The position numbers were made by a program, and so were the translations under genes. DNA of 64,000 nucleotides from Puccinia triticina. Lineage: Eukaryota. The DNA lies in contig CP110439.1 of NCBI GenBank assembly GCA_026914245.1, positions 7,688,001 to 7,752,000 on the forward strand, read 5' to 3'. The notes below the pieces were generated by a model that had not been told where the DNA came from, searched no databases, and saw nothing but the letters and a program-made list of their open reading frames with translations. Each line of letters begins with the position of its first letter. The stretch's first letter is position 1. Of the stretch, positions 37,676-50,282 are shown one piece after another.

Positions 37676-39250
37676 TCACCTTGACAACGCGTCTGCCGTG
37701 TTGTCTTTGGATTTGACTCTCATAGCTGTCAAGTCAATCTGTTCTATCATCAGGATGGATTGAATTATTTTCCATTCGTTGTTCACTGCAGTATCGCCTG
37801 ATTTCTTGTTTTCAATTACGGCCAGGGTTGTATTGTTGTCTGTCCATACTATCAGATTCAAACCCTTCTTGATCCGTTGTGCCTTTTTCAACATTAGGAG
37901 ACCTAGGCGTATCGCAACAGTTTCCAACCATGCGATGTTCCGGCGATCTCCATCAAACTGGTCGAAAAGCTTCAGTTGTGACCATAGTTTGCCGATCTTG
38001 ATCCCGATTCCAAAACTAGTACTTGCATCTCCTACCCACTCGATATTCACTGGTTGTCTAACCGGAATTAATCTAGTACGTTTGAAAGCCAACAGATTGC
38101 TATGCCATACTTCCATATAATCTTCTAGCACCTCTTTTGGAGCCAACCTCTTTGCAAACTTATGCCACCAACCCACCATCCATTTGTATAGACTATTCAA
38201 ATATGCCCTTAGTTGAGGTAAAATGAATGCCACATGGTTTAAACGTCCCGCTAGGATTTCAATGTCGTTAAACAAAAAAATTTGTACTTCAATAAGCATT
38301 ATTGCTACTTGATCAATTCATTCCTTCAACTTTGTTTCTGGAAACCGGACTGTTTTATCTGATCCGTTCCATATAAAGCCTATAAATTTTTGTTCCGTCG
38401 AGAATTCTGAGCATTTATCTTGGTTTGTCTGAACAACTAAACGTGTTGAAAATGCGACCTCATCTCTCATCTCCGTTTTTGATGTCGTACTCTTCACAAA
38501 AAGATTATCATCAACCCATTGGAAAACCTTTACTAAATCAAATCTATCTTCCATTATTTCTTTCCACGCGTCTGCTGGTCTTCCAAATGAACCGCACCCT
38601 GCAACACCCCCAAACGTGATCCTTGTGTCCAAATATAAATTTTCATTCAGATCTTGTACTACCAAAAACGGCCATTGCGACGGGTGTGTCGGAATTTGCC
38701 TATACGCCTTTTCCCAATCAAAAAGCGCTAAAAGTACAGGCCCCTGTAAATTCGTAAAAAACCGCGCCACCGTTTTAAAATTATCCCAAGTCGTTTGGAA
38801 ATCGTCGGAATTCACAAATGAATTAACTGATGGGATGTTCGGATTGTTGCGTGGAAAGGACAAATCATTTGTTGGTCTCACTGATCCATCATTGTTTACC
38901 ACCGCGCCTAATGGAGAAGATCTGAAAAATTTGAACTTTTTATTCAATTCTTCTCTCGAAAATGGTCCAAACATCCTTCTCGCTTTTACTTCTTTTTCAA
39001 AAGAGTTTGCTATTTTCTCTGCCGCTAGTTCCGCAGATTTGTGATTCGCCGGGACATACCACGGTAACTGTCCCAAATTATGGACCGGTATTCCTTGATG
39101 AAAACCGTTCTTGAACCTCATAATCACATCGTGATAAATCTCTTCTAAACTTGCTGCTTTCAAAGCATATTCCCAAAATGAAATATTCATTTCGCACTCA
39201 ACTTTATCGGGCCAACATGGTGTTATTTTCTTCGTTGCTAATTCCGACAA
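37676..39250 (-). pseudogene. Reverse transcriptase + DIRS-type RNase H, disrupted
   Basis: SSPLGAV..NDLSFP, LFDWEKAYRQIP, TFGG, WVDD, FIGFIW; RNase H WVGDASTSFGIG, IAWLETVAIRLG, WTDN, DNTADALSR; in-frame TGA at 38318-38320. Confidence 0.93.
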
Positions 39251-40284
39251 GAGACACCTTTAAAAACAAATTTGGCGAAAAAAAACACGAGATAGTAAGA
39301 AAAAAGGAGCAACAATTTATCCCCGACACATTTACAAAGGAAAAACAAAGACATAAGAACTTTTCCAATGAGGAAATTAGAATATAAAAACAATTCCAAG
39401 AAAACTACCAAGACAAAAACCATCTCATAGTTTAATCACAATTCCTTACTTGTTAGAATTACTACCGGAGCCCGATCCACTAGCTGGAGGGTTAGAGTTC
39501 AATCTTCTCTTGTTATAACCTTCAATCCAATGAGAACCTTTGTATCCCGACCTCGCTCTCTTTTTTGAGTCTTGGCCAGATTGATTATTGTTAAAGCCAT
39601 GTTGAGGTTTCATAGACTGATTAATTTGATTCCCTTGCTTAACTTGATTAGCGTGTTGAGCTTGTGATGACGGTACGTTATGAAAATTATTTGCTTGTAA
39701 ATTTAAACAAGCATTTCGAGTCATCGGGTCAATATGACAATGACCATAGTTCGGAGCGTAATAATTTTTGTCCCAATTCAATTCGCCGAAGTTTTGACAA
39801 GTATTGTAGCAATTCTCAACGATATCATCTCTGATTTTAGAAATATCAGGGATTTTAAGGACTCCATTCACGTTCACTCGGCTAGAGAATGTTATTTGAC
39901 GCATGATCATATCATATCTAAAGGGTCAGCCTAAATGCACTCCAAAAAAATCCCAAAAGCACTCCAAAAGTGAGTGTATGGAGTGTGCACTCCAATGATT
40001 GTTGGAGTACAGACTAGAGCTTACTCCAAGTCAATTGGAGTGCAGAACCGGGGACTCAAGACTCTTTGGAGTGCACCACAAAGAACTCCAGTGGCCAGGA
40101 AATGTAATGAGTGCCCATGAGTCTCACTCCATCAGATTGGAGTGCATTCCCCCAGCACTCCATTCCTGATATTTCTCCTCCTCAAAAGGGGAGTGCAGTA
40201 CTGTGCACTCCAGCCAGAGCTGGAGTGCCTACAACTTCAACTGGGCTATGTACAAACACACCCCACTTGATCCTCCTGATATCC

Positions 40285-41960
40285 ATGACCGGTACAGACC
40301 GGCATTGAGCGGATTAACATCTCCTCTCAATGACCAGTCTGTACCGGACCGCCAGTCATTGAGGGAAATCACAGAAATCACACCTCTTGATGACCGGTCT
40401 GTGCCGGCAACGGTGAAACAAATACAATACATGTATCTGTATCTGCCTGTATTTGTATCTGTTTTGCACCCAATACTATTTATTTGTATTGTATTCAAAG
40501 ACCAATACTATACAAATGTATTCAAACTTTGGTATCTTGTTGCAAATACAGCCCAATACAAGATACTGTATTTTTACGTTTTTTGATAGTTTTTCTGTAT
40601 ACAGTCCACAGTGGCCAAAAACAAGAAAATCAAGTTTTAATAATTTATTGATACAATACTATGGTATTGTATCTTCAGGCAGATACAATACATTTGTATT
40701 TACAATTTTGTATTCTTCAACAGATACAATACACAAGTATCTGAAGATACTGTATTGTATAGTATCTGTTTCACCGTTGGTGCCGGTCATCAAGGGGAGT
40801 AACATCTCCTCTCGATGACCGGTCTGTGCCGGTCACCGAGGGGACTCACACCTCTCAATGACCGGCGCGGACCGGTCACACCTCCCGATGACCGGCACAG
40901 ACCGGTCATTGAGGGGACTCACACCTCGATAATCGGTCACACCGGTCATTGAGGCTAATAACACCTCCTCTCAATGACCGGTCATCACCGGTCATCGAGG
41001 TGAGTCACATCTCTCGATGACCGGTCAGACCGGCCATCGAGGTGAGTCACATCTCTCGATGACCGGTCTGTGCCGGTCATTGAGGGGAGTAACATCTCCT
41101 CTCGATGACCGGTCAGACCAACCGGTCATCGAGAGTAGCACCTCCCCTCGATGACTGGTACACACCGGTCATTGAGAGGTGTTATCACCCTGGATGACTG
41201 GTCTGACCGGTCATCGAGAAATGTGACTCACCTCGATGACCGGAGATGACCGGTCATCGGGAGGTGTGAGTCCCCTCAATGACCGGTCTGACCGATCATC
41301 AAGAGGTGTGAGTCCTCTCGATGATTGGTGGTGACCGGTCATCAAGAGGTGTGAGTCCTCTTGATTACCGGTCTGTGCCGGTCATCGGGAGGTGTGACTG
41401 ATGACCGGTCCGCGCCGGTCATCGAGAGGTGGGAGTCCCCTCGATGACCGGTAAAGACCGGTCATCAAGAGTAGCACCTCCCCTCGTTGACTGGTACACA
41501 CCGGTCATTGAGAGGTGTTATCACCCTGGATGACTGGTCTGACCGGTCATTGAGAAATGTGACTCACCTCGATGACCGGAGATGACCGGTCATCGAGAGG
41601 TGTGAGTCCCCTCGATGACCGGTCTGACCAATCATTGAGAGGTGTGAGTCCTCTCGATGATTGGTGGTGACCGGTCATTGAGAGGTGTGAGTCCTCTCAA
41701 TGACCGGTCTGTGCCGGTCATCGGGAGGTGTGACTGATGACCGGTCTGCGCCGGTCATTGAGAGGTGGGAGTCCCCTCGATGACCGGTAAAGACCGGTCA
41801 TTGAGAGTAGCACCTCCCCTTGTTGACCGGTACACACCGGTCATTGAGAGGTGTGACTGATGACCGGTCCGCGCCGGTCATCAAGAGGTATGAGTCCTCT
41901 GGTTGACCGGTTGTGTGAGTCCCCTCAATGACCGGTCCAGACCGGTCATCAAGGGGTGTG
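40285..41960. repeat. Tandem array of ~40-bp units with palindromic GATGACCGGT...ACCGGTCATC cores; 336-bp higher-order period
   Basis: Marker AGTAGCACCTCCCC recurs at 41134, 41470, 41806. Confidence 0.9.
40408..40779. mobile_element. MITE with CAAC..GTTG ends inserted in the satellite
   Basis: TIR CAACGGTGAAACA(A/G)ATAC, exact 7-bp TSD GTGCCGG (40401-40407, 40780-40786), internal AATAC/GTATT repeats. Confidence 0.92.
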
Positions 41961-44900
41961 ATTGCTGTGGGCACTCCAAAAAAAGGAGACTTGGAGTGCA
42001 CCCCAATGCACTCCATTTGGTATTTGCTAGCTGGAGTGCAAAGCCAAAATCCTTCACTGAAAAGGTGGAGTGCTTGGGCTTGCACTCCATTTTTTTGGAG
42101 TGCATCTAGCTGCACTCCCCTATTTTGGTCAATTTTGGAGTACCCAGTTGTGTACTCCAAGAAACATGGAGTGCCCATCTGGGGACTCCATGTTTTGGGA
42201 GTACAAAATCAAGGCACTCCAACTTTTTTGGAGTGCTGGCCCCCCAAAGCCAAAAATGTGGAGTGCATGAAGTAAAAGTTTGGAGTGCATTTAGGCTGAC
42301 CCTATCTAAAACCGATCATAAAGCACCTAGTGTCCGTTATCTTGTCTACGTTCTTTTTATGCTCCAAAAGTTTGTCGGTGAATTTCTTGTTGTTGTACAC
42401 GTTAATTAACGTCCAAACAAAATCCCAATGATTGAAAGTCCAGTGAGCATGAGTCATAAGCCACTCTGGAACAAACGGGTAACCTCTATAGTTTGTGACC
42501 GTCGATGATTCTTCATTCTTTGGTCTCTTCTCAACATGCCAAGAAATTGCGTTCACACACCAAATCTTGTTGAAAATGGTCAACGGAAGAGGGCCGCAAA
42601 GCTTCTTGATGTTCTTGTCCAAGAATGGGGCGTACCCAACGTTATCGTGTGAAGCTCCTATGCCTTCAGCGTAATCCAAACCACCGTAATTAGCCAATCC
42701 TCCATCATGATTGGTAGGTGCTGGATTGGTTAATTTTGGATTTTTTGGCCCCAATTCGCGTATAGCTTTCAGAAAGACATTTGCCATTCCTGCATTTCCG
42801 GCTACTTGAGCGGCTGAAGCCTGCTCTAACAATATGGATACTGGATTAAATGGGGTCTTATCCACACCTATTTAACATAATATGTTAACCATCTTGTTTA
42901 CAATACCAAGTGAAATGATTATAGTAGTGCTCTATCTTTACCTGGTACGGATTTCATAAATTCTATGAAATCTGGTTCAACTACTTCTTGATTCTCAATT
43001 CCTCCTGTGTTATTGTCCTCCTTGTCAAACACTAAAGGATCGTCTGCACGGTTTTCAATGGGTATGTTTCCCGGATTCTCAACGGGTACGTTCCCCGGAA
43101 CAACTCCAGTCTCTGCATCAAGTGAAGTCATCAAAAAGACAATCATAGATTTAGTTCCCTTATTCCTGGAGATTTCTCACAGTTTTTTGGTAAAAATTCC
43201 CAATTATCTGGAGCCATGCTCGACAGTTTGATGGTACTCCACTCACCTGCTACACCTCTCTCTTCACTGACTATTGGCAATGGGACCAAAGCTCAATGTA
43301 CCTTGTTCGCGTCTCTTCCGGTTGACGCTGCCTTCGACTTTTTTGCTGCGGCGGATGAAGCCCTGGTAACGTTTGGTTGGTCGCCCATCTTTCTCGGAAA
43401 TTATATACAAAGCTTCTGGATTGTTATGATGTTTATGGAAAGATTTTGAAAAGTCTTTATTTGACGTCTTGTTGTGCAAATAAAGTCGTAGATGGTGAAA
43501 ACGCGACTGGTGGAGCTAGGAGTGTGGATGAGGTATGAAGCAGGCCGTGCCGACTTCATATAACTTCCACTTGCTCATAGTCTGCGGCAGACGCTTGGAC
43601 CTCTATTTCTTGACTGACCCCCCGGTCTGCCCCAGAACAGTCCGCTTTCCCTTAGCGCTCATGGACTTAGGTACTCTCACAGTTCCTAGTTCTCGTACCA
43701 TCAATAAATTGCCCACAGCCAAGGAGGCTTACATGCCAAAATTTGGCCAATTCCCATAACCAAAAAGGCTCTGTGTAGCGTGGGCAGTGTCCCCTCCAAT
43801 ATTTAAAGGGCCTTTGGAGCCTCTGGAATTAATCCCCCAGACTATTCACCCACCCATAACCTGTAAGTTACTTGTGAATATTCTCCTCCTGCTTCCAGAG
43901 CAGTGTATCCCTTATAAAATACCACCTAGCACATCAAACTACTAGAATTTACCCTTAAAATTCAGCAACTTCCCTTATAGAGCAATTTTTAGTGTAACTT
44001 CTTTAAAAATAATTGCAGTAAGACTCCAGCCTCTTTCAAGAATCCAATCAGCTTAAGCTCTTACCAGTTATTTTTTACGCCCAAAACCCCCTGTTATTAA
44101 TAATTATACATTATTGAAATTATACAATAATAAAGTCTTTGTCCTCTTACATAAGAGAGAAAAACCCTTGTAGTGGCTAATTACCACGTAACAAGCTTGG
44201 TATTATATTACCAGTGTTTTATTTCAGGACATTTATAGTGCAAGGGCCTAGAAACCCTAATTAAATTAAAATTACGGATTTTTGACCCTTAGCTTCATAA
44301 ACAGAGCTGTCAGGAATGGGGTGTGCTACTGTGCGCGCATTTTGGCCCGAGCTTAACAAAGCCTCACTGTGAGAGCCCCGAAGGGTTGGAGGTCGCACTT
44401 TCTGCGAGGCGCTTCGCGCCGCGCCCCCGCCAGGCGAGGGACTTGTGCTAAGTTTGATTTTGGCCGGTGTTCTCCTACTAAGGAACACCACTGAAACTAT
44501 AGCCCCGGTGAACCAAAGGGTCTCAAAATTTTACGGTGCACAGATTAAGCTCTGAAAACAATATGATGAGCTGCATGGCATTAGTACACCCCAGTAATGG
44601 GGTTTGCTACTGTGTGCCCATTTTGGCCAGTATCCTACTAAGGAACACCACCAAAACCATAGCCACGATGAACCAAAGGGTGCCAAAATTTTACAGTGCC
44701 CAGATTAAGCTCTGAGAACAAAATTCCTGGCTGCATGCCCTTAGTACACTCCAGGAATGGGTTTGGCTAAGGTTTTGGTGGTGTTCCTTAGTGGGACACT
44801 GGCCAAAAGGTGTGCACAGTAGCACACCCCATTCCTGAGCTGTGCTAGTTCCATGCAGCTCACCATGTGCTTTTGAGAGGGTTTTCTGCCCTCTGTAAAA

Positions 44901-45391
44901 TTTTGGCATGGCTTGGGTGCCGCAGGGAGGAGTTCTGTTTTTTTTTTATATTTTTGCCATTTTTTGCAAAAATTGTAAATCTGACTACTGTTTGGTATTT
45001 CCATTGTCAATTTCTGACTACCAAATTCTGTGCGGGTTAATTTTTGGTCCGCGTGACCCGGGCGCAACGTCGGGTAGCAGTCCTCCCGACGTAAACTGCG
45101 TTTGGTAGTTGGAAGTCGAATTTAGGGTAGTTGATTAATCAAGGCCCTATCTTAAATATTCAACTTGATCTTGCTGCATTGATATCACAGGTGATGTTTT
45201 TGCTTTGGATGTGTATTGAGCTTGTGCCCCAAAGGCCAAGTAATGAGACCCTCTTTGTTAGCGTGATAAATATTAGAAAAAATAATGAGATTGCCTCTGG
45301 GTTGATCCACTGTACAATCTTTGTTAGGAGCATACTACATACAAGCATATCAACACAAGATGAATGTTGATAACAAACATATACAGATAAC

Positions 45392-46935
45392 CTAATCACT
45401 ATCACTTCCATCGGTCGAATCCGCTTGAGAGCTAGACCTTCGTTTGAGTACTGGGCCTGCGGAAACAGAAGCTCAAATGGTGAGCCAAATGGGGGACGTC
45501 ATAAAATTTCATACGAAGGGTGTGGAATCTGAGTGAATCAGATGAGTGGACATAGCAGAAACTTACGCGGCAGGACTGTAGTAGGAACAGCTGGTGTGAC
45601 AGGGGCTACTGAAGCAGGCGAGATGCTGGGGTTTTCACTGATCCCTCTTCGTTGTCCACTGGCTTCATTCTCATCGTCGATCCGTCCAGCCGGTGTGAAA
45701 CTTTGATGGTCATCCTCCCCTTCCTCGCCTTCCTGTTCCTCGCCCTCTTCCTCGCCATCCCCGACACCCTCCTCTTCACTGTCTGAAGACGAGGATGCTT
45801 GGGACGAGTTTCTTGATCGGTTTCGCGTCCGATCCTGCTTGTCCTTTTTCTTCTTGAACTTCGGAAGTGATGGAGTGGCCACATGACTTTGCGAGAGCGG
45901 ATGCGGAACAGGCGGGGAGGGTTTGGACATGCCTATCCCTTGAAGATGAAGACGCTGAGTGGCATTGTTGATAGCATTGGAAAGTAAAGCATCATTTTCG
46001 GCTGCGCTTAATGGCACGACCGGTAGTTTCTTGGGCGGTCGGCCGCCTGTGTGATCCAATGCGTTAAAGTTATCTTCAGGAATGAAGATGCATATGTAAA
46101 ATCAATATAACCAAAATACTCACGTCGCTTCATGTTTCCGCCTGTTCTGTTGCGTCCAGGGAAGTCTGATGGAGTATGACTGCTTCCTTTGGCAACAGAC
46201 TCGGACTCACTAGAAGGGGAAGGAGATCCATATAATCAGTTTGATCAGAATAAGGAGACCGACGCTATCCAGGTAGGTTTACCACCAACCTCAACTCCGA
46301 TCGTACACCTTTCTTGGCTGCTTGGCCGCGTCCACCTATGCCCAAACATTTCGAAAGGTGTGGCGCGAAGCGGGCGGCTGATACCTAAAGATTTAAGATC
46401 AAATTTCTTGGTCCCCATACAAGGTTCCAAAATTACCGAGTATCGACTCACTTCGCGACCACAAACCGGACAATCGTGAACCGGCTCAGGATTATTCTTG
46501 TCATTGCAATTTTTCCTCTCGTTTGCGTAGAGCTCTGTGAGGGAGGATGATTTGAGCCCCCAGGATAAATCCGTGCATCCGATGATTCAAAGGAAAACAG
46601 GTAGAACACGATGGGGACCGATAAGGAATGTAGCACGAGGGCGGAGAATCGGATTGCGAACCTTGCTCTGCAGAAAAGATACGGAAGTTCCTGGCTCGCT
46701 TGAATTCAAGCACGGATATCTTCCAGATCATCTCTTCCAACAGTCCATTAAAGATTGATTCGACGAGCATTCCGATCTCATTATCCTGTGTAAGTGGGGA
46801 TTCGTTGGAGGCATCTAGGGGAGCTGGTTGGTGGTAATATGGGCTGGTTTCTTCGGCGGTGTTGTACTGTTCAGTTTTTTCGTAAGGCTCGTGGGGTGGG
46901 GGGTTATTATGGAAGTTGTTGTTCGATTGGGTCAT
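45392..46935 (-). CDS. SGF11: SAGA deubiquitination-module subunit Sgf11/ATXN7L3-like, multi-exon
   Basis: N-terminal helix LVESIFNGLLEEMIWKI; spliced zinc finger YDCPVCGRE|VSAARFAPHLSKCLGIG; low-complexity C-terminus ending DGSDSD*. Confidence 0.85.
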
Positions 46936-47088
46936 CGAGCCAACGAGGGTGCAGTCTCGATGAAGCGGATGGTGAAGATGGTGTTGAGGGGGATGTATGC
47001 GTCCAAATGTGACACCGCGGGGCATGCACATGTCACACATTGTCATTTTGAATATGCATAGTGCGCAATCCCAACTCAAAACTGCACC

Positions 47089-47176
47089 TGATTTTTTTCT
47101 CGTTGCAAAGCACCAAACCACAACAGTCAAGGATTGATTTTTTTTTCGTTGCAAAGCACCAAACCACAACAGTCAA
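47089..47176 (+). repeat. ~42-bp direct repeat (46-bp period) immediately upstream of the HAS1 ATG
   Basis: TGATTTTTTT(C/T)TCGTTGCAAAGCACCAAACCACAACAGTCAA at 47089-47130 and 47135-47176. Confidence 0.9.
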
Positions 47177-47181
47177 AGAAA

Positions 47182-49185
47182 ATGGCCAACAATGACAAGA
47201 CCAGCAACGATCCAGTGGCGGCCATGACCTCCACCGATGAACCTGAAACGTATCCGAGCGAGTTCAGCTCCTTGGATCTATCGCCTCCAACCGCAAAAGC
47301 CATCCAAGATATGGGTTTCACCAAGATGACCGAAGTCCAGGCTCGGACGATCCCGCCCCTGATGACCGGAAGAGACGTGCTCGGTGCCGCCCGGACTGGT
47401 AGTGGCAAGACCTTGGCCTTCCTAATTCCCGCCGTCGAGATGCTCAGTAGGCTCCAGTTTAAACCCAGAAACGGTCCGTCCCCTCCCTTAATTAATCTGT
47501 CCTACATGGCATCTTCTAACCAGTAGCTCGAATGCACAGGTACCGGGGCTATCATCGTCTCTCCCACCAGAGAGCTGGCCCTACAAATCTTTGGGGTCGC
47601 TCAAGAACTCATGAAACATCACAGTCAAACCTTCGCCATCGTGATCGGAGGGGCAAATCGGAAAGCCGAAGCTGAAAAATTGGTCAAAGGTGTCAATCTA
47701 CTGATCAGTACACCCGGTAGACTATTGGATCATCTTCAGGTTAGTCTCATTATTTGTGGGGTTTTTTGTATTGGTCGGAAAAAGAAGTTAACTCCCTTTT
47801 CCACAGAATACAAAAGGATTTGTGTTTTCGAACCTCAAAGCATTAGTTGTCGATGAAGCCGATCGGATCTTAGAGATCGGATTCGAAGATGAGATGCGGC
47901 AGATCATCTCACTGCTACCATCGGAAAACCGCCAATCGATGCTCTTCTCGGCCACCCAGACGACCAAAGTACAAGACCTCGCCCGCATCTCACTCCGCCC
48001 CGGGCCACTCTACATCAACGTCGATGCCGACAAACAGGAGGCCACCGTCCAGGGCCTCGAACAGGGCTACGTAGTCTGTGATAGCGACAAACGCTTCCTT
48101 TTGTTGTTCACTTTCCTAAAGAAAAGCCTCAAGAAAAAAGTCATCGTCTTCTTCTCCAGTTGTAACTCGGTCAAATATCATGCCGAATTACTCAATTATA
48201 TCGACATCCCTGTCTTGGACCTTCACGTAAGCCCCCGTCCCCTCCCCCTAACATGCCAGTCTCCAAGCCCCCGCTGAGATCTGCGGCACACGTTTCTGTT
48301 TTCTGCAGGGCAAACAAAAACAACAAAAGCGAACCAACACGTTTTTTGAATTTTGTAACGCGACAACTGGGATCTTACTCTGTACAGATGTAGCCGCTCG
48401 AGGGTTGGATATCCCCAAGGTGGACTGGATCATCCAATTCGACCCACCCGATGATCCGCGTGATTATATCCATCGGGTCGGACGGACCGCTCGGGCGGGT
48501 AAATCTGGCAGGAGTCTGTTGTTCTTGTTGCCCAGCGAATTGGGATTTCTAAGGTTCCTCAAAATGGCCAAGGTGCCTCTGAATGAATACAGCTTTCCTA
48601 TGGATAAATTGGCTAACGTCCAAGGACAAGTTGAGTTTCCTTTCTTTCTTTTGGAAAAAAAGACAAGCTGTCGTGATTTCAAATTTGAGGATATCTCTAC
48701 TAATGTTGATGTTCTTGGTCTTGATTCTCACCCTACCCCAGCTCGCCAAGTTAATATCGAAGAATTACTACCTACACCAATCAGCGCGCGATGGATTTCG
48801 TTCATATATCCAATCATATGCCTCTTATAGTTTAAAAAAGATCTTCGATGTGAACAAGTTAGACTTGCACAAAGTCGGACATGCGTTTGGATTCAGTGTT
48901 CCGCCAGCGGTGAACATCCCGATGGGATCGCTCAAGAATACGGCCAGCAAGAAAAATAAGCGGGACGATACGATAGACGGAGCGGATGGTGATGGCGCGG
49001 GAGAGGATGAAGACGAAGACGAAGACGAAGGCCCGGCGCAGAAAAAACTTCTCGTTAGGAGACCTAGCAATGCGAATCGTCGCAAGGAACAGCTTGGAAG
49101 TAAAGCCCTCGCTAAAGAACATTATCGCTCAAATGGCCCACGCTCTCAGCCTTCTTCTTCTGATCGCAAACAATGGTCACGGTGA
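47182..49185 (+). CDS. HAS1: DEAD-box RNA helicase Has1/DDX18, multi-exon
   Basis: [86 protein letters not shown]. Confidence 0.97.
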
Positions 49186-50282
49186 TTTGATTCACCTTGA
49201 TCTTCATGTTTCTGCATTTCTCAACTTAGTTCTTTGCAGTTTTTTTCGTTTTTCTCGGGCCATTGCTCAGGGTCTTAGAATGTAGTTTCTTTCTTCAATA
49301 TCTTCTTCTTCAGCTTTGGCAATTCTTTGTACTACAAACAACAGCCTTTTTCCTGATCTACATATCATCCCACGGGCCAACCAAATTTTAATACCCAGCG
49401 AAAAAAAGAAGTTTACATTCTTGACTAACACTCTCCCAATTTTCAACACAGCTATTAAACAACACATTGGAAAGATTGAATTGAGACAAACTAGGCCGAG
49501 GCACAAGAAGCTGTTGTGCGCGGTAAATTGGGTTTATTTGTGAGAAGGAGCAGATCAACCTGCAACAAGAGGGCAGACCAGATGTTAAGTACATTGGCTG
49601 TATACACGAGATCCATGTCTGCCAAAACTCAACAGATGATGTCATGAAGGCCCCATCATCCACGTCATTGGGCATGGTTTTTTTTGTACAAAGGTGCATG
49701 TATAGAGCCCTATATATATCAAACTTGACCAAGTTCTGAAGGTGGGAGCGAAGCGCGGCAAGCGCCTCTGGAAGTACTAGGCATCGGTGATTTTGGGCTG
49801 AGAGCAATGGCCAAAAATGCCTTCCCCCTCAAACGTTGCTATAGATCCGTAACATCCAAATATACCATCACATTTTTTAAATAATCAGAAAGCCCTACTA
49901 CATCTTGGCTAACTTTTAATTCACTGTGTTCATCATAAAGTTATCTGGCCCACTCTGCCCCACTTCATAATAAAATTAAAAAAATCAACTGTTTTAGCTG
50001 TCATGTTTTTTTTTTTTCAATATTACATCCATCACATCCTACGATTGGGCCGGATAAAAAGAGGCAAGTGGGTAGAAGATAGTCAAGCTTCTGATAAGTC
50101 TAAGCCTGAATGAGGGCGATTACACAAGGATATCACAGTACAAGGACCTTGAAAATTGATGGGCCTCATCACTACAAGGCCTCGGTCCAGAGGGTCAAAG
50201 CCTCCCTTGGGAGGGGCTTAGTTAAGTTAGTATATACATGCAGTTTACAGAGCAAAAAACTGGTCATCTCTGTCTGAGACTT

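Larger units (their letters stand above)
39923..42302. mobile_element. Non-autonomous TIR element (GGG termini, 8-bp TSD) filled with palindromic satellite
   Basis: Perfect 24-bp TIR GGGTCAGCCTAAATGCACTCCAAA, exact TSD TATCTAAA (39915-39922, 42303-42310), dense GGAGTG/CACTCC subterminal motifs. Confidence 0.93.
39446..43388 (-). pseudogene. gag-like ORF1 of the Ngaro-like element, split by the 39923-42302 insertion
   Basis: Removing the insertion and one TSD joins ...CFMIGFR to YDMIMRQITF... in frame. Confidence 0.75.
35371..43705 (-). mobile_element. Tyrosine-recombinase retrotransposon (DIRS order, Ngaro-like) with split direct repeats
   Basis: 265-bp repeat at 43441-43705 and 35686-35950; 250-bp repeat at 35949-36198 and 35371-35620 (A1-ORFs-B1-A2-B2 on minus strand); gag, RT/RNase H and YR ORFs; no TSD. 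Confidence 0.95.
25871..45147. mobile_element. Long-TIR DNA element (GGG termini, 8-bp TSD; MULE- or Merlin-like) swollen to 19.3 kb by nested insertions
   Basis: ~330-bp imperfect inverted repeats (25871-~26200 vs ~44790-45147) starting GGGTCTTGATTAAT / ending ATTAATCAAGGCCC; flanks TAACTTAA (25863-25870) and TATCTTAA (45148-45155). Confidence 0.8.

Noticed and set aside
40285..41960. CRISPR-like look (palindromic repeats with spacers)
   Set aside because: Eukaryotic context, no cas genes, linkers are related and repeated, and the array lies within a TIR element.
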